A stretch of DNA of 63,454 nt, filler included, from Octopus bimaculoides (taxonomy: Eukaryota), in the NCBI RefSeq assembly GCF_001194135.2. It is 5 parts of 4 records of this genome, joined end to end, with 100 filler letters (N's around TTAATTAATTAA, not from the genome) between each part and the next. Parts side by side here need not be neighbours in the genome. Positions count along the whole stretch, not along the records: positions 33,959 to 54,185 come from NC_069001.1; 4 more parts are not named here. One strand, 5' to 3'. The position numbers and the translations under genes are program-made. Below are positions 36,835 to 50,565 of this stretch, in pieces. Under the pieces are notes generated by a model. It worked only from the letters and a program-made list of their open reading frames with translations, was not told the origin of the DNA and searched no databases. Every line of letters starts with the position of its first letter. The first letter of the stretch is position 1.

Positions 36835-37215
36835 TTCAAATTTCATTCACAAAGGAAGATGAGTGAAGTGCTGCTTCCCAGTACATTTACTAAAAGGTGG
36901 GTGAAGGTAGCGAAAATGGCCCGTGTGAGTGGACTTACTTTAATAATGCGCCTGTAGGCTAGTGAATTAGAGAGGAAGAAGGGTGCTCTTCCCAGATGCC
37001 CTCGAAGCGTCGAGTGGTTCAGGATTATTGGGGTACCTGAGCCAACTCCAGGTGGTTACCTCCCCTCTATTGGGGAACTTCATTGTTATATCCTTTTGTT
37101 GGATATCGCTGTTAGTCTTTTAATTGTGTACTCGTTGTTTCTTTGTAAATTACTCGCTGTCCATGTCTACTGTATCGTCCCCTACATGTCGGCCCTAGTA
37201 GCTAATAAATAAAAT
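36835..37215 (+). mobile_element. 3' end of an L1/Tx1-like LINE (ORF2 C-terminus plus 3' UTR)
   Basis: Frame 36835-36957 reads FKFHSQRKMSEVLLPSTFTKRWVKVAKMARVSGLTLIMRL*, resembling Tx1-type ORF2 ends (recalled, unverified). AATAAA at 37204, then AAC/AAT repeats. Confidence 0.6.
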
Positions 37216-37222
37216 AACAACA

Positions 37223-37664
<442 letters not shown>

Positions 37665-38559
37665 ATTATTATTATTATTATCGGTATTTATTTTGGCTCT
37701 CAAGTTCGTTTTTCATTTATCCCTATCGGGGTCCATAAGTAAGGCTTCTTCTCAAAAGTGCGGATAGCTGCAAGTATTAGAGTTGCGCTAGTGGTGTTAG
37801 TTCCAGCTCTTAGCATGCTGGGATCATGCTGGGATCATCTTGATATGAAAACGGGCTTTCCTGAGCTGATCCTCTGTAATAAGCATAACAACCTACTGAT
37901 AGAAGCAACAAATTGGCTGTATCTATGTGCAAACAAACGGAACCTCACCTGGAATAGATGAACGCCAAGAAAGAACGAAAAATATGTTACGTTTTTTGTT
38001 GTTGTTTTTTCGAGTATTTTTATTGCTTTCACTAAACCAGCTTTGTTTTTATAAAGTTTGAAAGACATACATCACGGAAAAGACACGTCATTCTGGACCC
38101 TAACAGGTGACAATGTGTTGCCCTAGATTTGGTCTTATGCCCTTTGTTCTGTTAGCACCTGGTGAAACTACCAATCATAGACCTGCGAATGGGTTGGTTG
38201 AGCAATGCCAGTCATTGTTGTTAGTCCACTCGTTGCTACAGAGGTTTCCGGATTCACTGTTGTTGTTCCTGCAGCTGTACTTGCTATTGTTATTGTTGTT
38301 GTAACTCGTTTTGTTTTTGTTGATGTATGGAAGGCTGGACCAGTTGTGTTACAGAGTCTGTATGCGCGATATATGAAACTGTCTGTTTATGGATATAGGA
38401 TGAAAAGCGTAGGTGAGAGGATGGATTCCTGCACCACACCTTACAGAAAGTGTTGTTATTGTATATAGACATCTATATATGCCTACAATTAACAGAATAC
38501 GCTTATAATTGTACATACATACAACTGTATGTGTATACGACTGTGTTTACTTCGCAAGT

Positions 38560-39101
38560 TGTGAAATTTGCGATTTTGTGATCATGTGTATGCTGTAGTC
38601 TGCGGTTTTTGTCATGTTGGAACAAAGAGCCAACGTGAAATTTTGCGCTAAACTTGGAAACGCTGCTGCAGAGACATTGAGGATACTTCGAAAAGTTTAC
38701 GGTGACGAGGCAATGGGTCGTAAGCGATATTCCGAGCGGTTTGGGCGCTTCAAAAGCAGAAGAATGTCCCTGGAAGATAATGAGCGATCTGGAAGATCTA
38801 CCACGAGTGTCACCCCCGGAAATCTGGAGGAAATTCATCAGCTTGTGCATGAGGATCGTTGGGGGAAAACCAACGACATTGCTGATGTTGTTGATCTATC
38901 TTTTGTGGCCGTGTAGGCGAACCTAACGTCTGAACTGAACATGCGGTGTGTCTCTGCCAAGTTTGTTACCTGCCTGATGATCACTGGGACCGGTGTATTG
39001 TTGCACAAGATGACTGCTTCGAAGGAGATGATATTAAAACTGAGGCAAATAAGTTACTTTTTATTAAATATAACTAGTCCGGGGCCTTTTGATACCACCT
39101 T
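38560..39101 (+). mobile_element. Internally deleted mariner (second family), right TIR retained
   Basis: MLEQRANVKFCAKLG..YGDEAM..LEDNERSGR HTH region, then a jump to the terminal codons (FEGDDIK). Ends in AACTAGTCCGGGGCCTTTTGATACCACCT, the reverse complement of the 57043 TIR. Confidence 0.85.
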
Positions 39102-39257
39102 ATATATATATTCTATGTGCACTTGTATATATATGTGTTTGTGTGTGTGTATGTATGTATATATGCATATATATATATATATATATATANNNNNNNNNNN
39201 NNNNNNNNNNNNNNNNNNNNNNNNNNNNNNNNNNNNNNNNNNNNNNNNNNNNNNNNN

Positions 39258-39299
<42 letters not shown>

Positions 39300-39549
39300 A
39301 ATATAAATATATATATATATACTTATAAATAAATATAAACATATATACTTATAAATATAAATATAAACATATATATATATATATTACTTAGATATACATG
39401 TGTATATTATAGCGTATATATATATATACACACACACACAAATACCTCCACATACATACATCACATACATATATGCATGATGTGGTAATCGATAAAATGT
39501 ATTCCGCAGAACTTTATGACAAACACCACCGCCACCTACCGACCACAAT

Positions 39550-39609
<60 letters not shown>

Positions 39610-40235
39610 AAGAGGAGAAACAACATCAGTAACGCCAATAACAACAACAACAACACCAACAAAAGCAACAATAATGACAACAGATGAGGACAAGGTGACA
39701 TGCACTCGTTGATATTTACTTCCTCCCAAGTTGAACCTCAATATTTATCTCTCCTACTCTCGCTTTCATCCCTGTTTTTCTTCCTTTCTCTCTTTCTCAC
39801 ATCCTTCTCTCTCTCTCTCGTCTTTCTCCCCCTCTCTCTCTCTCTCTCTCTGTCATCTCTCGTCTCTGCCCTTCCTTCATTCTTTCTCTGTTACGTCCTC
39901 TTTCACCATCTCATATACACACATACACTGTCTCTTTCTCTCACTTACTCACACCCATTGACAGGCACACATACACACATGCACACACACCACACACCAC
40001 ACACACTCTCTCATCTCTCTCTCTCACACACACATACACAGACACACACACACACAGACACAATTATATGGATGTTTATATATAGTAAGAGATAAATGCA
40101 TATGATTCTATATATATGTATATATATATATATATATATATACACGCACGCATACACACTCACACACACACACACACGCACGCACACACACACATATACA
40201 TAGATAGAGTTATGTATAGATATGTATGCATGCAA

Positions 40236-40275
<40 letters not shown>

Positions 40276-41011
40276 NNNNNNNNNNATATATATATATATA
40301 TATATATATGTCTATATATATATATACATATGTATGTATATATATATCTATGTATATATATATGTATATATGTGTATGTATATATACATATATATTTATA
40401 TGTATGTATGTATCCATATATGGCTACACAGGTCGCGTGAGGTATTTGAGGACATATAGCTTTCTTTTGAGATTATTCTATAAAGCCGCCTTCAGCTTCG
40501 ATGACTGGTTCAATACGAGAGCAATATTCTATTGTGTAACATAAATAACTGAAATTGTTTTAAAACAGTGAATGGTGGACGCACTGCTCTTTGCCATAAA
40601 GGGGCTACAGATGCTCTAGTGCTATGCATTCTCCTCGAAAATTTAAGGCACTCTTGCAGACCGTACGGGGACAGAAGTGTGCAGTATACAATTGTTTGAA
40701 CCGTCTGTTGAGCCTCTGCTCAGCAGCTGATTTCTTGGCTCTCATGAGGAATTCTGCTATTATTGTGTTTGGATGTATTTTTTCATTATTAGCGGCGGAA
40801 GGATTATTACTTCAACATTAACGATCTGTACACATACTCAGTGGTGTACCTAATAGGAGAGCAAGGGAAGCGATCGCTCCTCCACCGTGCACATTTTTTC
40901 AGAATTGGTGCCTTTTAGATAATATATAATCAATGAGTTAAAAATTGTTTGATTTGTGTCACGGCGTCATTTTTTTTCATGTGCTACGCTCCTATCACCA
41001 CTATCGCCTCA

Positions 41012-41735
41012 ACATTTTTGCTCAATGCACAAGGCATCAGCCCTTCCACCAATGCCCAGGAATGGAAGATCCAATTTATTGAGGACTGGGTTAATGACCA
41101 TCTGCACCATATCCCTTTTTTCGTCCTGACACAGAGACCCATCTCAATAACCTCCACTTTGAAGCTGAGGTGAGAGTGAAAAATTTTACAGCCATCCGTG
41201 CAGATCGTGTCGGCAGAAGAAAGGGTGGGACCGCCATTTTCGTGCACGATTCTTTTTCGGCAGAAGCAATGGACGTATTTACCAACGGCTACTGTGAAGC
41301 AGCTTCTGTGTTTAGTAAGACCAAGAATTTAATAGTAGTTGGGCTCTATAGGCCACCCACCCCTAACCCCTTTTCTACGCTTCAAGGAATGCCTCAACAG
41401 TATTAAGTGTTTCATCCATCAGTGTCATGCTGACAACATATTAATGATGGGGTTCTTCAACCTTCCCAGTGTTGATTGGTCCACAAACAGCTTGAAACCA
41501 GGTTTTTCCGCCTCAACCCCTGATAAGGAAGCAATCAAATTGATTTTTGATTTCATGGATGAGTTTTTCATGACCCAACTTGTTCGTGAACCAACAAGAT
41601 GTCACAAAAACACCTTGGACCTAGTTTTCAGTAACCACACAGACACTATCCTCAATATTGCAGTGGAAAAGGCACCACTACTCTCAGACCATGACATGGT
41701 TCTCTACGATGTTGGCATCAATTTTAAAATCCATC
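41012..41735 (+). pseudogene. LINE apurinic-type endonuclease (CR1/Jockey-like), frameshifted
   Basis: LLNAQG / LTETHL / RADR..RKGGTAIFV / VVGLYRPP / GFFNLP (GDFN mutated) / PTR..NTLDLVF / SDH. Two frameshifts. Confidence 0.9.
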
Positions 41736-42067
41736 CAAGACTAAGCCCCACTGCTATCCGCCCATTACAAAAATCAAACTCGGTGCACATAGCAACATTA
41801 CGTCATAATTACTTTCCTCAACCGGTGCAGCTCTCTTTAATACCAGACCAAAATACGTCAAAGCGGAAACGGATCCCATAAAATTCAAATGTTCACTGTT
41901 CAAAAAATCCTAGACCAACCTCTTACATCCGGATATGTCTCCAACAATAATAACTCTTCGTTAGAGTATGCTATGGTGCTACATATATGACTAAAGGCTT
42001 CACCAGGTGGTGCTACTGAGTTAGACATGGCCTGGGCCTATACTGGCCGAAAGCTATCAAAGTTATC

Positions 42068-42098
<31 letters not shown>

Positions 42099-42249
42099 TG
42101 TACGTATGTGTGTATGTGTGTATGTGTGTATGTGTGTGTGTTAAGTAAATTTCTTATCACACAGATATTCCCACGCGTACGGTGAGATCCTGTTTACCAA
42201 ACAACAGGACCTCACTGTATACAGAAGTTCGAGGTCAAGGAGTTCATAA

Positions 42250-42492
42250 CATGGCGTGTGTGTGTGTGTGTGTGTGTGTGTGAACGAATGTGTTTTTGTG
42301 TCTGTGTCTCCCACTTACAGCTTGACAACCGACGTTGTTGTGTTTATGTCTCCATAACCAAGCAGTTCGGCAAAACAACCCGATAAGTGCTCCGGTTTAA
42401 AACAAAGTACTAGGGTTGATTCGTACGACTAATATTCTCCAAAGTGGTGCCCCAGCATGGCTGCAGTTCAATGACTGAAACAAGTAAAAGAT
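42250..42492 (+). mobile_element. SINE family B, 3' half
   Basis: GCTTGACAACCGA..GTTCGGCAAAA..GTGGTGCCCCAGCATGGCTGCAGT..GACTGAAACAAGTAAAAG. Confidence 0.85.
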
Positions 42493-42689
42493 ACAAGATA
42501 TATCCTATGTTTTTGATAGCTTACATGGAGCGGCAAATCCTGGAGGCATCTTCGAAGTCAACGGCATTAGTATGATGTTGATACATTCGATCATTAATAA
42601 GTTGAAGGCTCGATTTTCTTTGCTTTTTTTTTTTGTAGTTTTGTTATTTTTGTGTGCGTTTAACATATAATGACATAATTTGTTAATGT

Positions 42690-42945
42690 CGGTGTTTGAT
42701 CCCAGATCAATACTGAACGAATAATAAATGGCACTTATGATCAAAGACTTTCCAGGCATGATAATAGCGTTGCGTTAGGGTCCCCCCCTTCTTATTTTAT
42801 TTATTTATTATGCTTTTTATAGTCAGAATATATCCAGTACTAAATTTTCTAACAGTAGCACTGAAAAAAGAATGTAGGGTGTGATTTGACGGTGATTTGG
42901 TTGCCATTTTTAGCAGGCCGAGTGACCAAATGGAAGCTCCCCTGG
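42690..42945 (-). mobile_element. Repeat family F copy
   Basis: TATGATCAAAGACTTTCCAG and GGGTGTGATTTGACGG..TAGCAGGCCGAGTGACC blocks. Confidence 0.7.
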
Positions 42946-43557
42946 CTCAAGTGACATGAAGGAAAGGAATTCGTTTCAATCAAGAATCGAAACCGTATCT
43001 CTCTTCCTTCATTGCCAGCCATATTTATTCTTGTAAGTATGAAGCTTGAGAATTTCTTTTTTTAAGAAAGAAGATATGAGTGAGGTTATGACCTTGATGC
43101 TTTTCCTGATAGTTAATAGCACCGCAAGTTTAACGAACCTGAACCGGAAAGTGACGTTTGCATTTGGTAAGTGAGGATACAGGATCATTTCCCTTTATTT
43201 CAGACTCAGTAAACAACATGACATTATTGTGGCGTAGAGTGAATACTTGGTCAACGTATCTTTGTACATTTGATGAGTCACATGTCCACTAAAATGCCAC
43301 TGGCTGTGCACCAAAGAACTGACCAATGCACCCATATAACATTAACTCTGTACACAAACCATAAGTTTTGTTTTTTTTGTTTAGTTGTAGTTCTGACCAT
43401 GCTGGAGCATCAACACAATTCTCCGCACTCCTTGACACTAAGTTGGTTCTATCCCGTTATTGTTGCGTTTAAATGCATTTTATTTGTTCTCCGTTAGAAC
43501 GCTAATCTTTGTATGACTGACAGATGGGGTAAGGGCGTAGCTGTGTGGTAAGAACCT

Positions 43558-43604
<47 letters not shown>

Positions 43605-43834
43605 CTAAGTCTCTCTAAAGGAGATTACCGCAGCGGTATCGCCAAGCCAACATGACAGTCCCAAAAATAGGACGAATGCTGCCGTTGATTAGCTCCAAGA
43701 GGCCATCGCCTCTAGCTAGGTATGTGACACACGAATATCTGTGTCCATTATAATCGTCAAACAGGGGAGGGGGAGGTCAGCCGCTTCCCCTTGCTGGTCT
43801 GGCATCTACAGACTATATATATATATATATATAT

Positions 43835-44050
43835 AAAATGGGACTAGAACACAAAACATCCAGACAGTTAGGTGATACAAGAAAGGGACAACAAAACATC
43901 CAGATAGACGATGCAATGTCGGCTGCAGTCAAAATTGCAACGATAATCTGGAACTCGACTGAGGTAAGAAAACTCCGAATGACCCGTCCTTGTTTTCTTT
44001 GTATCGTCCATCTGGATGTTTTTCTTTCTTGTCCCATTTTGTATTGTTTC
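43835..44050. mobile_element. Inverted dimer of a Penelope-like terminal repeat inside (TA)n
   Basis: Left arm 43835-43916 is the reverse complement of the 58140-58240 end. Right arm 43930-44050 matches 58075-58240 with an internal deletion. Confidence 0.7.
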
Positions 44051-44559
44051 ATATATATATATATATATATATAGCGGCGTACGTACACATTGGTCTCCTA
44101 TATATATCTGTGAGAAACGACATATAATTGTTATAAAACTCCATATAACAGTGAGAAATTAGACACAGTTGTAATATGACTCGATACGTCGGTGAGAACT
44201 GCAATGTAATTGTTATATAAGATAATATATATATATATACGCACGAGACTGACCTATTGCGGACGTAACCGGTTGAAGATTTCTCATCGGAGATATTTCT
44301 TTTTTTAATTTTTTTTATTCCTTTTCACAAATGTCAACATGTATTATTGCTAGAAACACCAGATTGTTTCACGTAACATTTGCTGACCGTTAAAGACCAG
44401 ATCGTTGTAAAACTGTTTACACCTGATCTTTACCACTCGATGTGAATCATGTAAGTTGAGAATGTCTTCTTGAGGTTGACGTTATGTTGTAAAGTGTAGC
44501 GAAGTTCATTCAACATCCACAATTTTAGATATGTGTGTGCATGCGTGTGTATGCACATA

Positions 44560-44560
<1 letters not shown>

Positions 44561-44646
<86 letters not shown>

Positions 44647-44647
44647 C
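44561..44647. repeat. (ATT)n microsatellite
   Basis: Visible directly. Confidence 0.95.
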
Positions 44648-45067
44648 ATCATTATTATATAAATTATTAAGGGGGCTATTCGCAATTTAGACACGATAGG
44701 CAACAAGTACAGTTCTCACTAAAGTGACGGAGGATGCTATTAAGTACCGGCATTGCTAGAAATAAGAGTCAAAACAACTCTTAGCCACGTGAGAGCACTT
44801 TTTTAACGGCNNNNNNNNNNNNNNNNNNNNNNNNNNNNNNNNNNNNNNNNNNNNNNNNNNNNNNNNNNNNNNNNNNNNNNNNNNNNNNNNNNNNNNNNNN
44901 NNNNNNNNNNNNNNNNNNNNNNNNNNNNNNNNNNNNNNNNNNNNNNNNNNNNNNNNNNNNNNNNNNNNNNNNNNNNNNNNNNNNNNNNNNNNNNNNNNNN
45001 NNNNNNNNNNNNNNNNNNNNNNNNNNNNNNNNNNNNNNNNNNNNNNNNNNNNNNNNNNNNNNNNNNN

Positions 45068-45157
<90 letters not shown>

Positions 45158-45174
45158 TGTATATTTTATGTATT

Positions 45175-45432
45175 ACTTGTTTCACTGATCTGCCGTCATC
45201 CTGGGGCACCGCCTTAAAGCGCTCAGTTGAATAAATCGATCGTAGCATATATTTTGTTGTCAGCTTGGTTCTCATTCTATCGGTCTCGCATTGCCAAATC
45301 GTGACGGGATTCAACACATTTTCCGTCTACCAAATTGATAGAGAAGGCATTCGTCTGCTCGGGACCATCGTAGAAGATACACTCTGGGACCGAACCGAGA
45401 ACCAAATGTTTGCTAACAAAGCTTCTTAACCA
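45175..45432 (-). mobile_element. SINE family B, internally deleted
   Basis: Tail GGGGCACCGCCTT, ATTCTATCGGTCTC, TTCCGTCTACCAAAT, and head remnant AAGCTTCTTAACCA. Confidence 0.75.
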
Positions 45433-46394
45433 TATAAACGTGCATGCGAATGTACAAGCGCTTGATTCTGTATGGTCAATACTGGAATATCATTAACCAT
45501 AGGTTTGCTGAATCCTGCCTGACCTGGGGTTAAAGAACAACAAAAACGACATTCAGTGAAATAAAAATTTGATGGCCAGTGTACAGACACGACCTGGCTG
45601 AACATCAAAGATATGATACATCAGAACCTCTCTGCACTCACAAGAATTTACAGTGCAGTGCAGTGCAGTGCAGTGCAATGCAGTGCAGAATTGAATGTAT
45701 GAGGCAGTGCAAGTTAACTGCACCAGTTGACATACGATTGATGCGGTGTACACATTAAGTTATTGATTCCTCTAATGTGCATCAGTTTTATACACCCAAT
45801 CACGTACACGTAGAAATGTATGCACATATAGGCAAGCACACTTGGAAATATACGGAGATAGGAACACACATGTAGAGGGAGAGAAAAGACACACATACCC
45901 TATCAGAGAAAGAGACATTTATATATGTGGTGGGGGGTATGTGTATGCGCGTGTATATGTATGTATATATATATATATATATATATNNNNNNNNNNNNNN
46001 NNNNNNNNNNNNNNNNNNNNNNNNNNNNNNNNNNNNNNNNNNNNNNNNNNNNNNNNNNNNNNNNNNNNNNNNNNNNNNNNNNNNNNNNNNNNNNNNNNNN
46101 NNNNNNNNNNNNNNNNNNNNNNNNNNNNNNNNNNNNNNNNNNNNNNNNNNNNNNNNNNNNNNNNNNNNNNNNNNNNNNNNNNNNNNNNNNNNNNNNNNNN
46201 NNNNNNNNNNNNNNNNNNNNNNNNNNNNNNNNNNNNNNNNNNNNNNNNNNNNNNNNNNNNNNNNNNNNNNNNNNNNNNNNNNNNNNNNAGAGTCATATTT
46301 ACAATATATTAATCAATCATATGCACTATACATCTACTATGCGTCTTTTAATCATATGAAATGAGTATTGTGTATGTATGCATGTATGCATGTA

Positions 46395-46446
<52 letters not shown>

Positions 46447-46596
46447 AGCTTTGATTTACTTATATCGGTCTCTTTGTCTTTTCCGTTAATTGTTGCACAA
46501 GTCCACCACGATTTGAGCTTTCATTTCTAACGTTCACAATCCTATTTTTCGTGGTAACTCATTTGTTTTCTCTCGCTGTGACTCAGTCTCTCCCTG

Positions 46597-46630
<34 letters not shown>

Positions 46631-47056
46631 TCTCTTTTTCCCCTCTCTCTCTCACTCTGTGATATCCACTACTCCTTCTTGTCAGCCTTTTGCCTAACAA
46701 ACGTTGCTCTGACCACACGTGTCCAATATTTCTCTCTGTTCAGGTGGTCTACTTAAACAAAAGTCGAAAGACACCGTTTATACTCTGTATCCTTTGTTCT
46801 TGCTTTTTGTTCCAGTCTTTTGTTTCTATATTTTTTGTTTACTGGCGTCAGATTTGTTTTGTGCGAACCCTGACAGTCGAAAATACCAACTTATTTCCAG
46901 ACGAAAGTATCAACTTTTCCCAGGCGCCGAAATTATAATGATTCTGGCAAAATGTTGGCTGATGAAATGGATTTATCCACGACAGGTCTTTGGTCTTTTC
47001 CTTAATTGTCATACACGTCTTTCGTCATTATTTTGATTACACACACAACACTCACA

Positions 47057-47091
<35 letters not shown>

Positions 47092-47388
47092 TTGTATACA
47101 TACAAACATGCAAATCGCGCATATACGAACGATTACAATGAAACTATGAAACTGCAGTTTCCTATCAAGACGAACTTGCCAGACGTCTCTCAATTTCTCT
47201 CTCTCTCTCTCTCTCTCCCTCCCTCCCTCGACACCTTGTATGTATGTGTTCTCGATGTGTTTTCTTTGATATTTTCTGCAACAAAGCATTTCACAGTGAC
47301 TCACACGTTACTTCTTTACTTTAATCGTTTGCATTGTCGACAACGTGAAACTAGGGATATTATTCAAGAAACTTCACCTTAATATATA

Positions 47389-47618
47389 TATTTCTTTATT
47401 GCCCACAGGGAGCTAAACAAAGAGGGGATAAACAAGGACAGACAAAGGGATTAAGTCGATTATATCGACCCCAGTGCGTAACTAGTACTTATATAATCGA
47501 CCCCGAAAGGATGAAAGGCAAAGTCAACCTCGGCGGAATTTGAACTGGTAACTTAAAGACAGACGAAATACCGCTAAGCATTTCGCCGGTGTGCTAACGG
47601 TTCTGCCAGCTCGCCGCG
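47389..47618 (-). mobile_element. SINE family A, full length, near consensus
   Basis: Complete head, core and tail (TTTCTTTATTGCCCACAGG..GGTTCTGCCAGCTCGCCGC). Confidence 0.92.
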
Positions 47619-47679
47619 TTGTCAACTTAATATATTTGAACACAAACAAATACACAAATATAACATATATTTAAATTCT

Positions 47680-47860
47680 TTTTATTCTTTTACTTGTTTC
47701 AGTCATTTGACTGCGGCCACGCTAGAGCACCGCTTTAAACTATTTTAGTCAAACAAATGACCTCAGGACTTATTCATTTAAGCCTAGTACTTATTTTGTT
47801 GGTGTTTTTTTGCCGAACCGCTAAGTTACGAGGACGTAATCATTCCGGCACCGGTGGTCA
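47680..47860 (-). mobile_element. SINE family B, 3' part
   Basis: TTTCAGTCATTTGACTGCGGCC..GCCGAACCGCTAAGTTACG. Confidence 0.85.
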
Positions 47861-48599
47861 GAGCAACATTTTATACTAATTTATAATTATGTTAAAGGGT
47901 GGAGATTGACCACACCAACACGCTAGAAATAGACGCCAAGAGGGTCTAAAACCACTTCAANNNNNNNNNNNNNNNNNNNNNNNNNNNNNNNNNNNNNNNN
48001 NNNNNNNNNNNNNNNNNNNNNNNNNNNNNNNNNNNNNNNNNNNNNNNNNNNNNNNNNNNNNNNNNNNNNNNNNNNNNNNNNNNNNNNNNNNNNNNNNNNN
48101 NNNNNNNNNNNNNNNNNNNNNNNNNNNNNNNNNNNNNNNNNNNNNNNNNNNNNNNNNNNNNNNNNNNNNNNNNNNNNNNNNNNNNNNNNNNNNNNNNNNN
48201 NNNNNNNNNNNNNNGTCATTAACGGAGGTCTGCTCACTCTATACTGCTACCATTCATCATGGGTGGCCACGTAATCTTAACAGAAGACGATAGTACGCAT
48301 CAGAGATAAGGGAAGTTGTGAGAGTATATTTATAGAGAGAGAAGAAGTGGGCGAAATATATGCTGGCGTGTTATTGTGTTGCCGCCATTACGGTTGTTGT
48401 CTTTGATCTTGTTGTGGCTGTTATTGTTGTGGTTGTTGTTCTTGCTGTTTCCGCTTTTGTTGTTGTTGTTGTTATTGTTGTTACGACTGTTATTGTTGTT
48501 GTTGTTGCAGCTGTTGTTGTTGTTGTTCTCATTGATGATTTTATTGGTTTTGCTGTTGTTGTTGTTAATGTAAATAATGTTGATATCGTTCTTGGTGCC

Positions 48600-48815
48600 A
48601 GTATTGTTTTTTTAGCCCCAGGCAACCCTTATCGAACAAAGTTCAGATCAAAGACATTCCAACCATAGACAACCTCCCCGCCGCTACCACCACCACCACC
48701 TTACTTCTGTTCCAGACAGGATATCTATGATCACATTATTCAATAGACCCTTTTTTTTTTGTTTTAGTCAATCGGCTGAAGAAGATTTGGCTGCTATTTC
48801 TAGTAGTTTGCTGAT
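48600..48815 (-). mobile_element. Repeat family F copy next to a (GTT)n tract
   Basis: TTTAGCCCCAGG..GATCAAAGACATTCCAACCAT..GAAGATTTGGCTGCTATTTCTAG. Confidence 0.7.
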
Positions 48816-48971
48816 TGTGATATACAGCGAGTGAGTACAGAAAGTGACTCAGTATGTAATTAGAGAAGTCGTGTCAGCGTGACCCTGATTGGGTGTCAGC
48901 GAAATGTGGATGGGGATCTTGGGACTTTTTCTAAACATACTCACGCATTCACACGTGCGCGCACATGCACA

Positions 48972-49079
<108 letters not shown>

Positions 49080-49240
49080 TGTGCACGCATACACGCACGC
49101 ACACATTGATGGTCACACATACACAAAAACTCATATACACACATTACATCGACACATTCACTCACATACTCAACAACACAGAGACATGAACACACACACA
49201 CACACACATACAGAAACTGATATAGTCTCACACATACACA

Positions 49241-49278
<38 letters not shown>

Positions 49279-49316
49279 AAACATCACAATACACAAACTA
49301 TTACGCGGACAACCTC

Positions 49317-49353
<37 letters not shown>

Positions 49354-49744
49354 CGCATACATGCACATAGACAAGCGCACATATACGCATGCTCATAGCA
49401 TACACATTACACATTGCTTGTCTATACACAGACTCTCATGCACACACACGCGTGCACACATACACACACACACACACACACACAAACAAACAAACACTTC
49501 ACATCATACGTGGTGCATCTTGAAAACGCGCCTGTATCTATAGAAACAGATGTACGCGTTTATAGACTGAGCCACGTGCAGGCACACCATCCAGCGATGT
49601 ATACATTCATGTAACACACGCAACATCGCCTATACACATCGTCAGAGTTAGACGGACGTTCTTCTACACACCAACTTTATTATCAACGTCATCAAAGAAT
49701 ATTGCCTTGGGAATATGTTCTTTTTATCATCATTATCACAATAA

Positions 49745-50300
49745 AACAACACTATCATCTTCATCGTTACCATCATCGTCATCATCATCATCACCACCAC
49801 CATCACCATCATCGTCATAATTATCATCGTCCCCACCTCCGCCCCCACCACCACTACCGCCATCGTCTTTACAATCCTCATCGTGATCAGGATCAACATT
49901 ACAACCACCATTATCATCATCATGCGCATCATCACTACCATCGCCATTATCGTCATCGTCACCACCGTGTGTGCACTCATCGTCATCATCATCATTATCA
50001 TCATCATCGTCGTCAATGTCGCCACCAACACCACCACCATCAGCACTACCACAGCCACCACCACCGGCACTATAATCATCATCATCATTATAACATCACT
50101 TTTGCCAATTCTTTTATCACCGCCACCACCACCACCACCACCACCACCACCACTACCATACCACAACCATCATCAACGTCACCTACACCACCACCACTAC
50201 TGCCTCTATCACCATCACTACCACTACTACTATCAACACCACCACTACCTCCAACAACCACCACCACTATCGCCACAACGTCTGCCGCTGCCGACATGAT
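49745..50300. repeat. Cryptic (CAT/CAC)n trinucleotide low-complexity tract
   Basis: Mixed CAT/CAC/CGT triplets; this produces the His-rich ORF. Confidence 0.9.
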
Positions 50301-50548
50301 TACTGTTCAACTCCACCAGTCTACATCCGCCACATTGTACGTTCTAATTCTCCATTTCTATTCTTGGAATATATTTGGTCTGGAATCTTGTTTTAGAATT
50401 GCTAAATTGTTGCTGTTGCTTTCTGATAGAGTCATTTTAACACATACAGACATTGTTACTCGGATAATAGTTCCAGCAAAACATTACTTCGTTAATTTCA
50501 AGCAATCACGTCTTATTTGTTCTACTTCGAGGCTTTTATTAAGTAAGG

Positions 50549-50565
50549 TATGACGTCATAGGTCA
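50549..50565. promoter_or_regulatory. CRE palindrome overlapping an AGGTCA half-site
   Basis: TATGACGTCATA is a perfect 12-bp palindrome containing TGACGTCA; AGGTCA at 50560-50565. Confidence 0.3.

Noticed and set aside
42000-42015. CTCF-like TCACCAGGTGGTGCTA
   Set aside because: Two core mismatches, and it lies in a probable LINE 3' UTR; too weak.
49702-50553. 283-aa His-rich ORF
   Set aside because: Produced by a CAT/CAC triplet tract that lacks stops in several frames on both strands. No domain, signal peptide or splice support.
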